DNA from: Spirochaetia bacterium
GTDB taxonomy: Bacteria > Spirochaetota > Spirochaetia > SZUA-6 > Bin103
Length of the DNA: 64,000 nucleotides
Assembly (NCBI GenBank): GCA_965198005.1
Contig: CBDAOI010000004.1
Location: 608,001 to 672,000, forward strand
Reading direction: 5' to 3'
Under the pieces are notes generated by a model. It did no database searches. It saw only the letters and a program-made list of their open reading frames with translations, and was not told the origin of the DNA. Shown one piece after another: positions 9,771 to 18,506 of this stretch; the first letter of the stretch is position 1, and each line of letters opens with the position of its first letter. A program made the translations under genes and the position numbers.

Positions 9771-10681
9771 GGCGCCACTCCGGCGGCGGCCGCCGCGGTC
9801 ACCGCTTCCGCCGGGTTGGCCGCGGCGCTGAACAGAATCGCGATCACCAGGAACGCCCCGGCCGCGACGGCCGCGGCCGCCGTATTCTTGTGCTCCGCCA
9901 CTTCCTGCGACAGCACGCCGTGAGGGAGCAACACCTTGTCCGCGATCACGCGCCCGAGCAGCAGCAGCACCAGTCCGCTGACCGCGATGATCAGCGTGAT
10001 CAGCAGCTCCCGGCCGAGATCGCTGCCGGCCCCGGTCAGGGCGGTGCGGATGATCAGCCCCTGCGCCACCAGAAAGGCGCCGAAACTGATGCCGACCGCG
10101 GGGTTGCCGTCACGTTCGATACTGTCGTGCACGTCGTAGCGGGTAATGGCCTGAAACAGCAGCCCGTCGGCGACCAGTATCGCCTGGCCGGCCACCCAGT
10201 AGATCATCACGTCGCGCAGCAGCAGCAGCAGGCTGCCGCTGCTGCCCAGCATCACGCCGGAAAGCATCAGGCCGGTGGCGATGCTCATGCCGCCCACGAC
10301 GTAGCCGGTGCCGACGTTGTGCTCGTCCGCGATCTCGGTGCCGACGTGAAACGTGTGCAGCACCAGCTTGTCGTTGATCACCATGCTCAGGCGCAGCAAC
10401 CCGATCGACAGCACCCCGGTGACCACGATCCCGGCGAGATCGGCGACCAGCGCGCCGGTGGTGCCGGTCAGGGTGGCCGCCACCGCGAACGCCAGCCCGA
10501 CCAGGTAGCCGACGAAGCTGACCCCGACCGCGTTGTTGCGCTCGGCGGTGAGATGGCGGTCGATGTCGTACCCGGTGGTAAGGTTGTAGAACAGCTTGCC
10601 GAGAAACACCAGCCCGACCCCGAACGCGAAGTAGGGGAGTTTCTCGATCACGAACTCGAGCGTAGCGATCAGCGTCTGCAT
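9767..10681 (-). CDS. Tandem DUF350 (YjfL-like) membrane protein
   Basis: Repeated YDI..HL..ERNNAVG / EIADEHNVGTG / YDVHDSIERDGNPAVG / EVAEHKNTAAA motifs between TM helices. Confidence 0.85.
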   Translation of the reverse strand: MQTLIATLEFVIEKLPYFAFGVGLVFLGKLFYNLTTGYDIDRHLTAERNNAVGVSFVGYLVGLAFAVAATLTGTTGALVADLAGIVVTGVLSIGLLRLSMVINDKLVLHTFHVGTEIADEHNVGTGYVVGGMSIATGLMLSGVMLGSSGSLLLLLRDVMIYWVAGQAILVADGLLFQAITRYDVHDSIERDGNPAVGISFGAFLVAQGLIIRTALTGAGSDLGRELLITLIIAVSGLVLLLLGRVIADKVLLPHGVLSQEVAEHKNTAAAAVAAGAFLVIAILFSAAANPAEAVTAAAAAGVAP

Positions 10682-10817
10682 CGCACTGTACCGTCCAAAT
10701 GTTTCAGGGGTGTGGCATGCCACCCCCCGGTATCATGCCCAGTATAGTGTATCGGTCGGGGCGGCGCCAACGGCGCCAACTTTGGCGCGTGCGCCGCCGA
10801 CGGTACACTACCGGTCG

Positions 10818-11687
10818 ATGACCAGCTATCGCGCTCTGCGCCGTCGCACCTATGAGGTGCTGGAGAAGGCGGGTGCCGGCGATCGCCTGTCGGCGGTGGT
10901 GGACCTTACGGTGACGGCGGTGATCGTGGCCAACATCGCCGCGGTGGTGTTGGAGTCCTTTTCCGGCATGTATGACCGCTATCGGCGGTGGTTCGACTTG
11001 GTCGAGCTGGTGTCGGTGGCGTTGTTCACGGTGGAGTACGTGCTGCGCCTGTGGACCTGCGAGTTTGCGCGCCCGCAGCGCTCGCGGGCGGCGGCCGTGG
11101 CGTTGTTCGTGGTGTCGCCGATCGGCCTGATCGACCTGATCGCGATCCTCCCGTTCTACCTGCCGTTCCTGATCCCGGTCGATCTGCGGGTGGTGCGCGT
11201 GCTGCGGCTGGTACGGTTCCTGCGGCTGCTCAAGCTGGCCCGTTACACCCGCTCGCTCGCGATCATGGGCACCGTGTTGCGCGAGCGCGGTTCCGAGCTG
11301 CTGACGGCGGTGTTCCTGACCTCGCTGCTGCTGGTGGTGGCCTCGACCTTGATGTTCTATATGGAGCACGACGTGCAGCCGGAGGCGTTTCCCAACATCG
11401 TCGCCTCGCTGTGGTGGGCGGTGGCCACCCTGACCACCATCGGCTACGGCGACGTGTTTCCGGTCACCGGGTGGGGCCGGCTGCTGAGCGGCGTGATCGC
11501 CGTGCTGGGCATCGGTCTGGTGGCGCTGCCGACGGCGATCATCAGCTCCGGCTTCATCGAGGCGCTGGCCCGCCGCCGGCCGCAAGCCACGCCGGAGGAC
11601 GCCGTACCGCCGCCGGCAGTCTGTCCGCACTGCGGGCAGCCGCTGGACTCGCCGCCCGAGCGAACCGAGCGGGCTACCGGATCTTGA
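10818..11687 (+). CDS. Voltage-gated potassium channel (ion transporter)
   Basis: S4 LRVVRVLRLVRFLRLLKLARY; WWAVATLTTIGYGD filter; C-terminal CPHCG. Confidence 0.92.
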   Translation: MTSYRALRRRTYEVLEKAGAGDRLSAVVDLTVTAVIVANIAAVVLESFSGMYDRYRRWFDLVELVSVALFTVEYVLRLWTCEFARPQRSRAAAVALFVVSPIGLIDLIAILPFYLPFLIPVDLRVVRVLRLVRFLRLLKLARYTRSLAIMGTVLRERGSELLTAVFLTSLLLVVASTLMFYMEHDVQPEAFPNIVASLWWAVATLTTIGYGDVFPVTGWGRLLSGVIAVLGIGLVALPTAIISSGFIEALARRRPQATPEDAVPPPAVCPHCGQPLDSPPERTERATGS

Positions 11688-12717
11688 TCAGCGCCACCAT
11701 GAACACCATGGTGATGATCCCCTGCAGGAGCGTGAACCGCACCAGCACCTGATTGTTCGACCAGCCCGCCTGATGGCGCGCGTGGTCGTGCAGCGGGAAG
11801 CGGATGCTGTGCAGGATGCTGATGTTGAAGAAGCGCAGCAGCGCGACCTTCAGCAGGCCGGTGCCGCCGTTGACCAGCAGCACGCCGGACACGATCAGCA
11901 GCATGAACGGGTTGCCGCTCTTGATCACCAGAATGCCGAGCAGCAGGCCGACCGCGCGCGACCCCGCGTCGCCCATCAGCAGCTCGCTGGGGTAGGCGTT
12001 GTACCACAGGTAGCCGATCAGGCAGCCGAGCATGGCGAAGGCGGTGATCGCCCAGGTGGCGCCGTCGGGATAGTGCGGCAGCAGCAGGTACTCGGACACC
12101 ACGTCGTGGCCGAGGACGAAGTAGAGCAGGCCGCCGAGCGTCGTGAGCGCCACCACCGACAGACTGCCGGAGAGCCCATCGACTCCGTCGGTGCAGTTGG
12201 TGGCGTTGATCGCAATCCAGAGCAGGGCGGTGGCGGCCGGCACGCAGATCCAGCGCGGCACCGCCACCGCCGCCTTCGCGAACGGCAGCCACACCTCGGT
12301 GGCGGCGCTGCCGCACAGCGCCAGCGCCGCCAGCAGCGCCAGGGCGAAGTCGATCGCCCCCAGCCAGTACTCGGACAGGGCGGTACGGTCGTCGAGATAG
12401 CCGGTCGCCATGGCCAGCACCACCACGCCGAGCACCCCGAGATGGGGCGTATTCCACGGCACGGTGATCAGGGCCACGACCACGTACACCAGCACGAATA
12501 CCACGCCGGCGCTGGTGGGTTTGCCCACCGCGGCCTCGGTCTGCACGGCGAACGGGCGGCCCCGGTCGCGCGGCAGGCGCACCGCCAGACGCGGCAGCAG
12601 CAGCCAAGTCACGATGCCGGACAGAACGATGGCGGCGCCGGCCAGGAAGATATGGGACGTGAGCAGGCGAAACGGGCCGTAGACCGACTCGAGGGCCTCA
12701 CCGAGGACGAACAGCAC
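11674..12717 (-). CDS. mraY: Phospho-N-acetylmuramoyl-pentapeptide transferase, MraY-like
   Basis: GKPTSAG, GYLDD, NATNCTDGVDGL, LWYNAYP, MGDAGS; multi-TM. Confidence 0.85.
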   Translation of the reverse strand: MLFVLGEALESVYGPFRLLTSHIFLAGAAIVLSGIVTWLLLPRLAVRLPRDRGRPFAVQTEAAVGKPTSAGVVFVLVYVVVALITVPWNTPHLGVLGVVVLAMATGYLDDRTALSEYWLGAIDFALALLAALALCGSAATEVWLPFAKAAVAVPRWICVPAATALLWIAINATNCTDGVDGLSGSLSVVALTTLGGLLYFVLGHDVVSEYLLLPHYPDGATWAITAFAMLGCLIGYLWYNAYPSELLMGDAGSRAVGLLLGILVIKSGNPFMLLIVSGVLLVNGGTGLLKVALLRFFNISILHSIRFPLHDHARHQAGWSNNQVLVRFTLLQGIITMVFMVALIKIR

Positions 12718-12786
12718 TCGACCGGAGCATAGCCGCCGGTCGCCGCCGCGTCAAGCAGTCGGACCCGGCGTCGCGGGGCGTCTCCT

Positions 12787-13785
12787 TCAGTACATCAGGG
12801 TCTGCGGGTAGTCCTCGTAGGTGGGACAGCCCTCTTCGGCGAAGATGCGGTCGATCTCCGCGCGGTCCGCGGCGCTCAGGCGCCAATCGACGGCGGCGGT
12901 GTTCTCGGCCAGCTCCCGGTCGTTGCGCATGCCGACCAGCGCCACCGTCACCGCCGGGTTGCCCAGCACCCAGGCGATGGCGAGCTGCGCCAGCGACTTG
13001 CCGTAGCGCGCCGCCAGCTCCGCCAGCCGCGCGCCGACGCGCAGCTCCCGCTTGAAGTTGTCGCGCTGGAACAGCGGCAGCCAGAAGGCGGTGTAGCGGT
13101 TGCGCCAGTCACCCTCCTCGAAGGTGTGGTCCGGCCCCAAGGCGCCGGTCAGCAGCCCGAACGCGAGCGTGCCGTACGCCATGAAGCCGATGCTGTGCTC
13201 CCGGCAGTAGGGCAGGATCCGCTTCTGCATGCGCTGATCGAACAGGTGGTAGCCGACCTGGTTGACCGCGACATCGGTGAATTGGCGGCAGTAGTCCAGC
13301 ATCTCGACGTTGAAGTTGGAGACCCCGCCGTAGCGGATCTTGCCGTCCTGCATCAGCTTCTCGAAAGCGCGCATCGGCTCGTCCAGCGGCGTCATGAAGT
13401 CGGGCCAGTGGATCAGCATCAGATCGATGACGTCGGTGCCGAGCCGGCGCAGACAGCCCTCGGTGCGCTCGATGATGTGCTCGTAGCGCGAGTTGCGGCC
13501 GAGAATCCTGCGCTCCTCGTCGTTGAAGAAGAAGCCGGTCTTGGTGACCAGGATCACTTCCTTGCGCCGCTCGCCGAGCGCCTTGCCCAGGATCTCTTCC
13601 GAGTGGAAGGGACCGTAGACCTCGGCGGTGTCGAACAGGTTGATGCCGTGGTCGATCGCGGCGCGTACGGCCCGCGACGCCTCGTCCACGTCGATCGAGC
13701 CGTACATGGTGGTGCTCATCTCCCAGGTGCCGAAGCCGATCGGCGAGGTCATGAGGTCGGTGTTGCCCAGTGGTCGTCGTTCCAT
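12787..13785 (-). CDS. Aldo/keto reductase
   Basis: IGFGTW, FDTAEVYG, LVTK, IHWPD, GKIRYGGVSNF, AQLAIAW. Confidence 0.92.
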   Translation of the reverse strand: MERRPLGNTDLMTSPIGFGTWEMSTTMYGSIDVDEASRAVRAAIDHGINLFDTAEVYGPFHSEEILGKALGERRKEVILVTKTGFFFNDEERRILGRNSRYEHIIERTEGCLRRLGTDVIDLMLIHWPDFMTPLDEPMRAFEKLMQDGKIRYGGVSNFNVEMLDYCRQFTDVAVNQVGYHLFDQRMQKRILPYCREHSIGFMAYGTLAFGLLTGALGPDHTFEEGDWRNRYTAFWLPLFQRDNFKRELRVGARLAELAARYGKSLAQLAIAWVLGNPAVTVALVGMRNDRELAENTAAVDWRLSAADRAEIDRIFAEEGCPTYEDYPQTLMY

Positions 13786-13883
13786 GTGCGCGCACCCTAG
13801 CACGCTGCGCGATCAACATCAACACCCCCGGAGGTCGCGCTGGATAACGAGATCGGCATCCTCGTGACCCGCAACCCGCGCGA

Positions 13884-15557
13884 CTATCCCAAGGCCGCGA
13901 TGGAATCGTCTGCATGGAACAGTATCCGGTATCGCCCGCGCGCTACCGGGTACAGAAACGGACTGGAGATGATGTGCTGTCCGGCGTGGCTGCTGGTGAT
14001 GCCTTGTCGCATGAGATTGTCCCGGAGTTCCGCAAACGCCATCGTGGACCCCATCCCCGCTACGGCGCGAACCACCCTGCGGTCGGTGGTAGTCAGCTCG
14101 TCGAACCGGATGTCATGTCGCAGTTGCACGTAGTTTCCATCGATGAGACACCAGTTGGTCTGCCTGATCATCTCCAACAGCACGTGAGCGGGGGGCAATT
14201 CGTCGCCCGTTCTCGTCCGTCGAATGGCCCCGTGGATCTCGTCCAGGTGCAGACGGCCACAGACAGAAAACAACTTCCTGCACTGATAGAGGATATTGTT
14301 GCTGCGTCTCGGCCGCCCGTCCGGGGCATGCCAGTAGACACCGGTATCCCGGTCCAGCCATTGATAATCGGGGTGGGCGTCGATGAGTCGCGTGAGGAGG
14401 GTCGCCATCGCGGACCGCCCCCTGGCGAGTCTTGCCGTCTGGCCGACGATGGAGTGCGCCATCGGCCGCGTCGACGAGAGAATCCGTAGCGCCCTACGGT
14501 ATCTCGCCCGTTCTCCGGTCAAGATCAACACCCGGTTCCCACGGGTCGTCAGCGGAACCAGGGGCCACTCCGTCCCCGCCAGCTCCACGGCGTTCCGTAC
14601 CCCCGAATAGTGGAGCCCGACCCGTGAAACGCCGTGCTTTCTGAGCAGATCGGGCACGTCACCCACGGCGATGGGAGTGGATTCCGTCACGATCCGCAGC
14701 GCTTCCGAAATCCGCCGCGGACAGATCCCGTCGAGGCGGTGGCGTATGGCTCGTTTCCCGGTACTCTCGATCTGCCTGATGCGTTCTCGCGAGACCCGCT
14801 TGCCGAGCCGTGACAATTCAGGGTCCTTGGCGAGTTCCTTGAGCGTGCGAATCCGCTGACCCGACCAGCCCAGGCGAAGCATCATGATGCTGCGCTTGGC
14901 AGGTGCAATGACTTCGGTAACGACGTAGTCGAGTTCCGCCTCCGCGGTAGCCAGCCCCGTACTCAAGGTCTGACGAAAAACCTGTCCCCGCGCAGTAGCG
15001 CACTCGGCTGCGGTACGGGGGTCCATGACCAACGCGAGCCCGTGGTCGTCCAGTGCGTCGATGATCTCCTGCAGAGTCCCACTACCGAGGTTGCGGGTGC
15101 GAACGAGGTCCGGAGCGTTCCACTGTATCAGCTCCCCGACCGTGTGGACGCCCAGGGCTTGCAGGCAATTGGAGGCACGCACACCCAGATTGAGCACGTG
15201 CACTCCGGAGGAAAGAATGGACCGTCCGGTGGTATCCGCCGGTAGCGGTTCCGGCGTACGCGCCACTCGGGTCGAGATCGGGTTCTTGTCCATGCCCAGC
15301 CGGAGCCCATGGTTCGCGAGCGCGCGCGTGATCTCCTGCAGGGTCGTCGCACCGAGGTTCCGCGTGCGGAGCAGATCCTCCGGCCGATACGTAACGAGCT
15401 CCTCAACAGTTCCGACCCCAAGCGCACGCAGGCAGTTGGCCGCACGAACACTGAGCCTGAGGCCCTCGACTGCGGACCTGAGGATGTCGCCATTGGTCGC
15501 TTCGGACACTGCCGTGACTGGCGATGGCGTCCCCGGTTTCTGCATTGTCTCCCACAT
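13884..15557 (-). CDS. Protein with two RNA polymerase alpha-CTD domains, a sigma-70 region-4-like HTH and an uncharacterised C-terminal region
   Basis: LSVRAANCL...LLRTRNLG..TLQEI and LGVRASNCL...LVRTRNLG..TLQEI; TLKELA...VSRERIRQIE. Confidence 0.8.
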   Translation of the reverse strand: MWETMQKPGTPSPVTAVSEATNGDILRSAVEGLRLSVRAANCLRALGVGTVEELVTYRPEDLLRTRNLGATTLQEITRALANHGLRLGMDKNPISTRVARTPEPLPADTTGRSILSSGVHVLNLGVRASNCLQALGVHTVGELIQWNAPDLVRTRNLGSGTLQEIIDALDDHGLALVMDPRTAAECATARGQVFRQTLSTGLATAEAELDYVVTEVIAPAKRSIMMLRLGWSGQRIRTLKELAKDPELSRLGKRVSRERIRQIESTGKRAIRHRLDGICPRRISEALRIVTESTPIAVGDVPDLLRKHGVSRVGLHYSGVRNAVELAGTEWPLVPLTTRGNRVLILTGERARYRRALRILSSTRPMAHSIVGQTARLARGRSAMATLLTRLIDAHPDYQWLDRDTGVYWHAPDGRPRRSNNILYQCRKLFSVCGRLHLDEIHGAIRRTRTGDELPPAHVLLEMIRQTNWCLIDGNYVQLRHDIRFDELTTTDRRVVRAVAGMGSTMAFAELRDNLMRQGITSSHAGQHIISSPFLYPVARGRYRILFHADDSIAALG

Positions 15558-15607
15558 ATGGTATAGTACGTCCTTACGATAGGGTCAAAGGGGCGAACAA
15601 CGAGCGA

Positions 15608-17095
15608 ATGGGCGAGCATATCAGCCACCACTGCGGTCTGTGCGTGACCCACACGCTGCACGACGCCTATTCGTTCATCAAGACGCTGCAACACCGCGGG
15701 CGGGACGCGGTCGGGATTGCCGGCGTCGGCCATGGGCGGATCGACGCGGTGAAGTGGCTGGGCACGGTCGAGACCATGGACTTGGTCGACCTGCACAAGA
15801 TCATGCCCAGCTCCGGGTATCACACCTTCCTCGCGCACGTGCGCTACGCCACCAAGGGCAGCAAGCGGCGGCTGCTGGAAGACGCTCACCCGCACGTGAT
15901 CGGCGGCGCGATGACGGATTACGGCAGTCACGTGATCTACGCCGGCTGCGAGATGGTCGCGGTGCACAACGGTCACGTCGCAGACCACCACCTGCACGGC
16001 GCCGGCAACGCCGCGGCGAACGGCGGCGCCGGGGCAGGCGCGTGCGACACCGAGCGGCTGCTGCACCTCTACCGTGCCATCGGCGAGGCGGAGCTGGTGC
16101 GCCGGCTGCCGGGCGCCTACACCATGGCGATTGCCGACTGCAGCCGCGACGACGTGCTGGTGTTGCGCGACCGCACCGGGATCCGGCCCGGCGTGCTGGG
16201 CATCAAGGACGGCAAGCACGTGGTGGTGTCCGAGGACATCGCCCTGCGCAAGAACGGCGGCGATTTTCTGGAGGACCTCGATCCCGGCGCGGCCTATTAC
16301 CTGGCCGCCGACGGCGCCTACCGCAAGCACCAGCTCACGCCCCCGGCGCCGGCCCACTGCTTCTTCGAGTGGAACTACTTCGCCGACCGCGACTCGATCG
16401 TCGAAGGGCTGTACGTCAAGAAGCTGCGGCGCGCCCTGGGCGAGATGCTGGCCGAGGAACTGGAGCTGGACCGCGTGGACTTCGTCAGCTACTTCCCGCG
16501 CGCGCCCGAGGATGCGGCGCGCGGCCTGGCCGAGCGGGCGAAGGTGCCGTTCCGGCCGCTGTTCTACAAGCTGCGCGGCGAGCGCTCGTTTCAGGGACCG
16601 ACGCCGCATGAGCGCTCGCAGTCGATCTCGCGCAACATCTACCTGATTCCGGGCGTGGTGAACGGCATTCGCGGGCGTTCGGTGCTGGTGGTGGACGACT
16701 CGATCGTGCGCGGCAACAACGTCATGCGGGAGCGCGCGTTGCTGGAGGAAAGCGGCGTCCGCCAAGCGCTGCACGCGCTCTACACGCCGCCGATCGGCAT
16801 CGTCGGCGACGACGGAGTGGCGCGCGGCTGCCTGTTCGGGATCGACATGCCGCCCGACGACACCTTCTTCGCGCGCGGCCGCAACCCGCAACAGATGGCG
16901 GAAGCGGCCGGCGCGCAGGTGGTGTTTCTGACCAAGTCGGGGATGCTCAAGGTGTACCAGCGACTGGGCATCTCCCCGGACCGCCTCTGCACCTACTGCA
17001 TCGGCGGTCCGTACCCATATGCCAGGGCGGGCTTCCCCGACCCCGCGACGCGTGCGGCGGGCCGCCGGGCGCAGCCCCAACCGCACGCAATTTAG
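15608..17095 (+). CDS. purF: Amidophosphoribosyltransferase (divergent PurF)
   Basis: Short propeptide then CG; LQHRG, HVRYAT, HNG, CFFEWNYF, VDDSIVRG, FGIDM, LCTYC. Confidence 0.85.
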   Translation: MGEHISHHCGLCVTHTLHDAYSFIKTLQHRGRDAVGIAGVGHGRIDAVKWLGTVETMDLVDLHKIMPSSGYHTFLAHVRYATKGSKRRLLEDAHPHVIGGAMTDYGSHVIYAGCEMVAVHNGHVADHHLHGAGNAAANGGAGAGACDTERLLHLYRAIGEAELVRRLPGAYTMAIADCSRDDVLVLRDRTGIRPGVLGIKDGKHVVVSEDIALRKNGGDFLEDLDPGAAYYLAADGAYRKHQLTPPAPAHCFFEWNYFADRDSIVEGLYVKKLRRALGEMLAEELELDRVDFVSYFPRAPEDAARGLAERAKVPFRPLFYKLRGERSFQGPTPHERSQSISRNIYLIPGVVNGIRGRSVLVVDDSIVRGNNVMRERALLEESGVRQALHALYTPPIGIVGDDGVARGCLFGIDMPPDDTFFARGRNPQQMAEAAGAQVVFLTKSGMLKVYQRLGISPDRLCTYCIGGPYPYARAGFPDPATRAAGRRAQPQPHAI

Positions 17096-17104
17096 CCCGA
17101 CCGG

Positions 17105-18133
17105 CTAGCGCCAACCCACCTGATCGAAGATCTTGACCGCGGCCGTGTTGTGCTCGCCGAGCATCTGCAGTCCCAGCGTGTCCGCCTTCAGCTCACCCCA
17201 GGACTGGAGCAGCGGCGCCGGATCGACGTTGTGGTTTACCGGGTATTCGTAGTTGACGTGCGCCCACAGCCGCTGCGCTTCCTCGCTCGCCAGGAACTCG
17301 AGCAGACGCCGCGCACCCTCCGGGTTCTTCGAGCTGGCCGTGATGCCGGCCCCGCTGACGTTGACGTGCGCGCCGCGGCCGTCCTGGTTGGGGAAGAACA
17401 CCCGCAGCCGCTCGCCGACCTCGCGCTCGGCGTTCATCGACGAGTTCAGCATGCGTCCGACGTAGTAGGTGTTGACGATCGCGATGTCGCCATCGCCGGC
17501 CGCCACCGCGGTCATCTGCGCACGGTCGTTGCCCTTGGGCGTGCGGGCGAAGTTGCGCACCATGCCCTCGGCCCAGGCGCGCGCCTCGGCTTCGCCGTGG
17601 TTGGCGATCATCGAGGCGAGCAGCGACTGGTTGTAGATGTTGGACGAGGACCGGATCAGGATCCGGCCGCGCCAGCGCGGGTCGGTCAGGTTCTCGTAGC
17701 TGCTCAGCTCCGCCGGGTCCACCCGGTCCGGATGGTAGACGATCACCCGCGCGCGCTGGGTCAGGCCGAACCAGTAGCCGTCGGGATCGCGCAGGTGGGC
17801 AGGGACCAGCGCCTCGAGAATCTGCGACGAGACCGGCTGCAGCAGGCCGGCCTGCCGGGCACGGTGCAGACGCCCGGCGTCGACCGTCATCAGGATATCG
17901 GCCGGCGACTCGGCCCGTTCGCGTTCCAGCCGTTCGATCAGCTCGTCGGAACCGCCTTCGATCAGGTTGACCTTGATCCCGGTCCGCTCCTCGAATTTCT
18001 GGTACAGCTCCAGATCTATGTCGTAATGGCGATGTGAATAGACGTTCACCCTTCCCGATTCGTCACCGGCGGCCATGAACGCCGGCAGCATCAGCACGAC
18101 GGCGGCCGCGGCCGCCCCGAACAAGGACCTCAT
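17105..18133 (-). CDS. Fe(III) ABC transporter substrate-binding protein (FutA/FbpA family)
   Basis: VNVYSHRHY, SPADILMTVDAGRL, RSSSNIYNQSL, IVNTYY, GAHVNVSGAG; GGAGG upstream. Confidence 0.92.
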   Translation of the reverse strand: MRSLFGAAAAAVVLMLPAFMAAGDESGRVNVYSHRHYDIDLELYQKFEERTGIKVNLIEGGSDELIERLERERAESPADILMTVDAGRLHRARQAGLLQPVSSQILEALVPAHLRDPDGYWFGLTQRARVIVYHPDRVDPAELSSYENLTDPRWRGRILIRSSSNIYNQSLLASMIANHGEAEARAWAEGMVRNFARTPKGNDRAQMTAVAAGDGDIAIVNTYYVGRMLNSSMNAEREVGERLRVFFPNQDGRGAHVNVSGAGITASSKNPEGARRLLEFLASEEAQRLWAHVNYEYPVNHNVDPAPLLQSWGELKADTLGLQMLGEHNTAAVKIFDQVGWR

Positions 18134-18144
18134 CTGACAGGTAC

Positions 18145-18200
18145 CTCCATTAAGGTCGTTAATGATTCAGAAAGGTATTAATAAAGATTAATTAACGTCA
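18145..18200 (-). promoter_or_regulatory. AT-rich promoter/operator upstream of the Fe(III)-binding gene; possible iron-repressor site
   Basis: Sharp AT-rich patch GTTAATGATTCAGAAAGGTATTAATAAAGATTAATTAAC with a Fur-like AATGAT half-site. Confidence 0.4.
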
Positions 18201-18269
18201 AGCGGAATTCGGACGATTCGGACGATTCGGGCGATTTTCTCCGGCGTCGCGTCCGGGCCGCGTCTGGCG

Positions 18270-18363
18270 GCGGCACAGCGATTCCGAGAAACGCGGCAAA
18301 GAACAGCGCCCCGATCACGTACCAGCCGTAGAACAGGCCGGAGGCTGCGCGCGGCTGCCGCAT
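18270..18363 (-). pseudogene. 5' fragment of an MFS transporter
   Basis: MRQPRAASGLFYGWYVIGALFFAAFLG is a typical MFS N-terminus; similarity stops after about 30 codons. Confidence 0.55.
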
Positions 18364-18506
18364 CAGGTCCCAGCTAACGACCGGTACACCGGCACGGCGC
18401 TCCGTTCGGTCTCGAACTGCGGACCACCGCCCGTCGGCGCCGAACCCGGCCCGTCCCGACCGCCGCTGCCTGCGGGTTGCACGGCGTGCCGTCTCAGCCC
18501 GAATCT

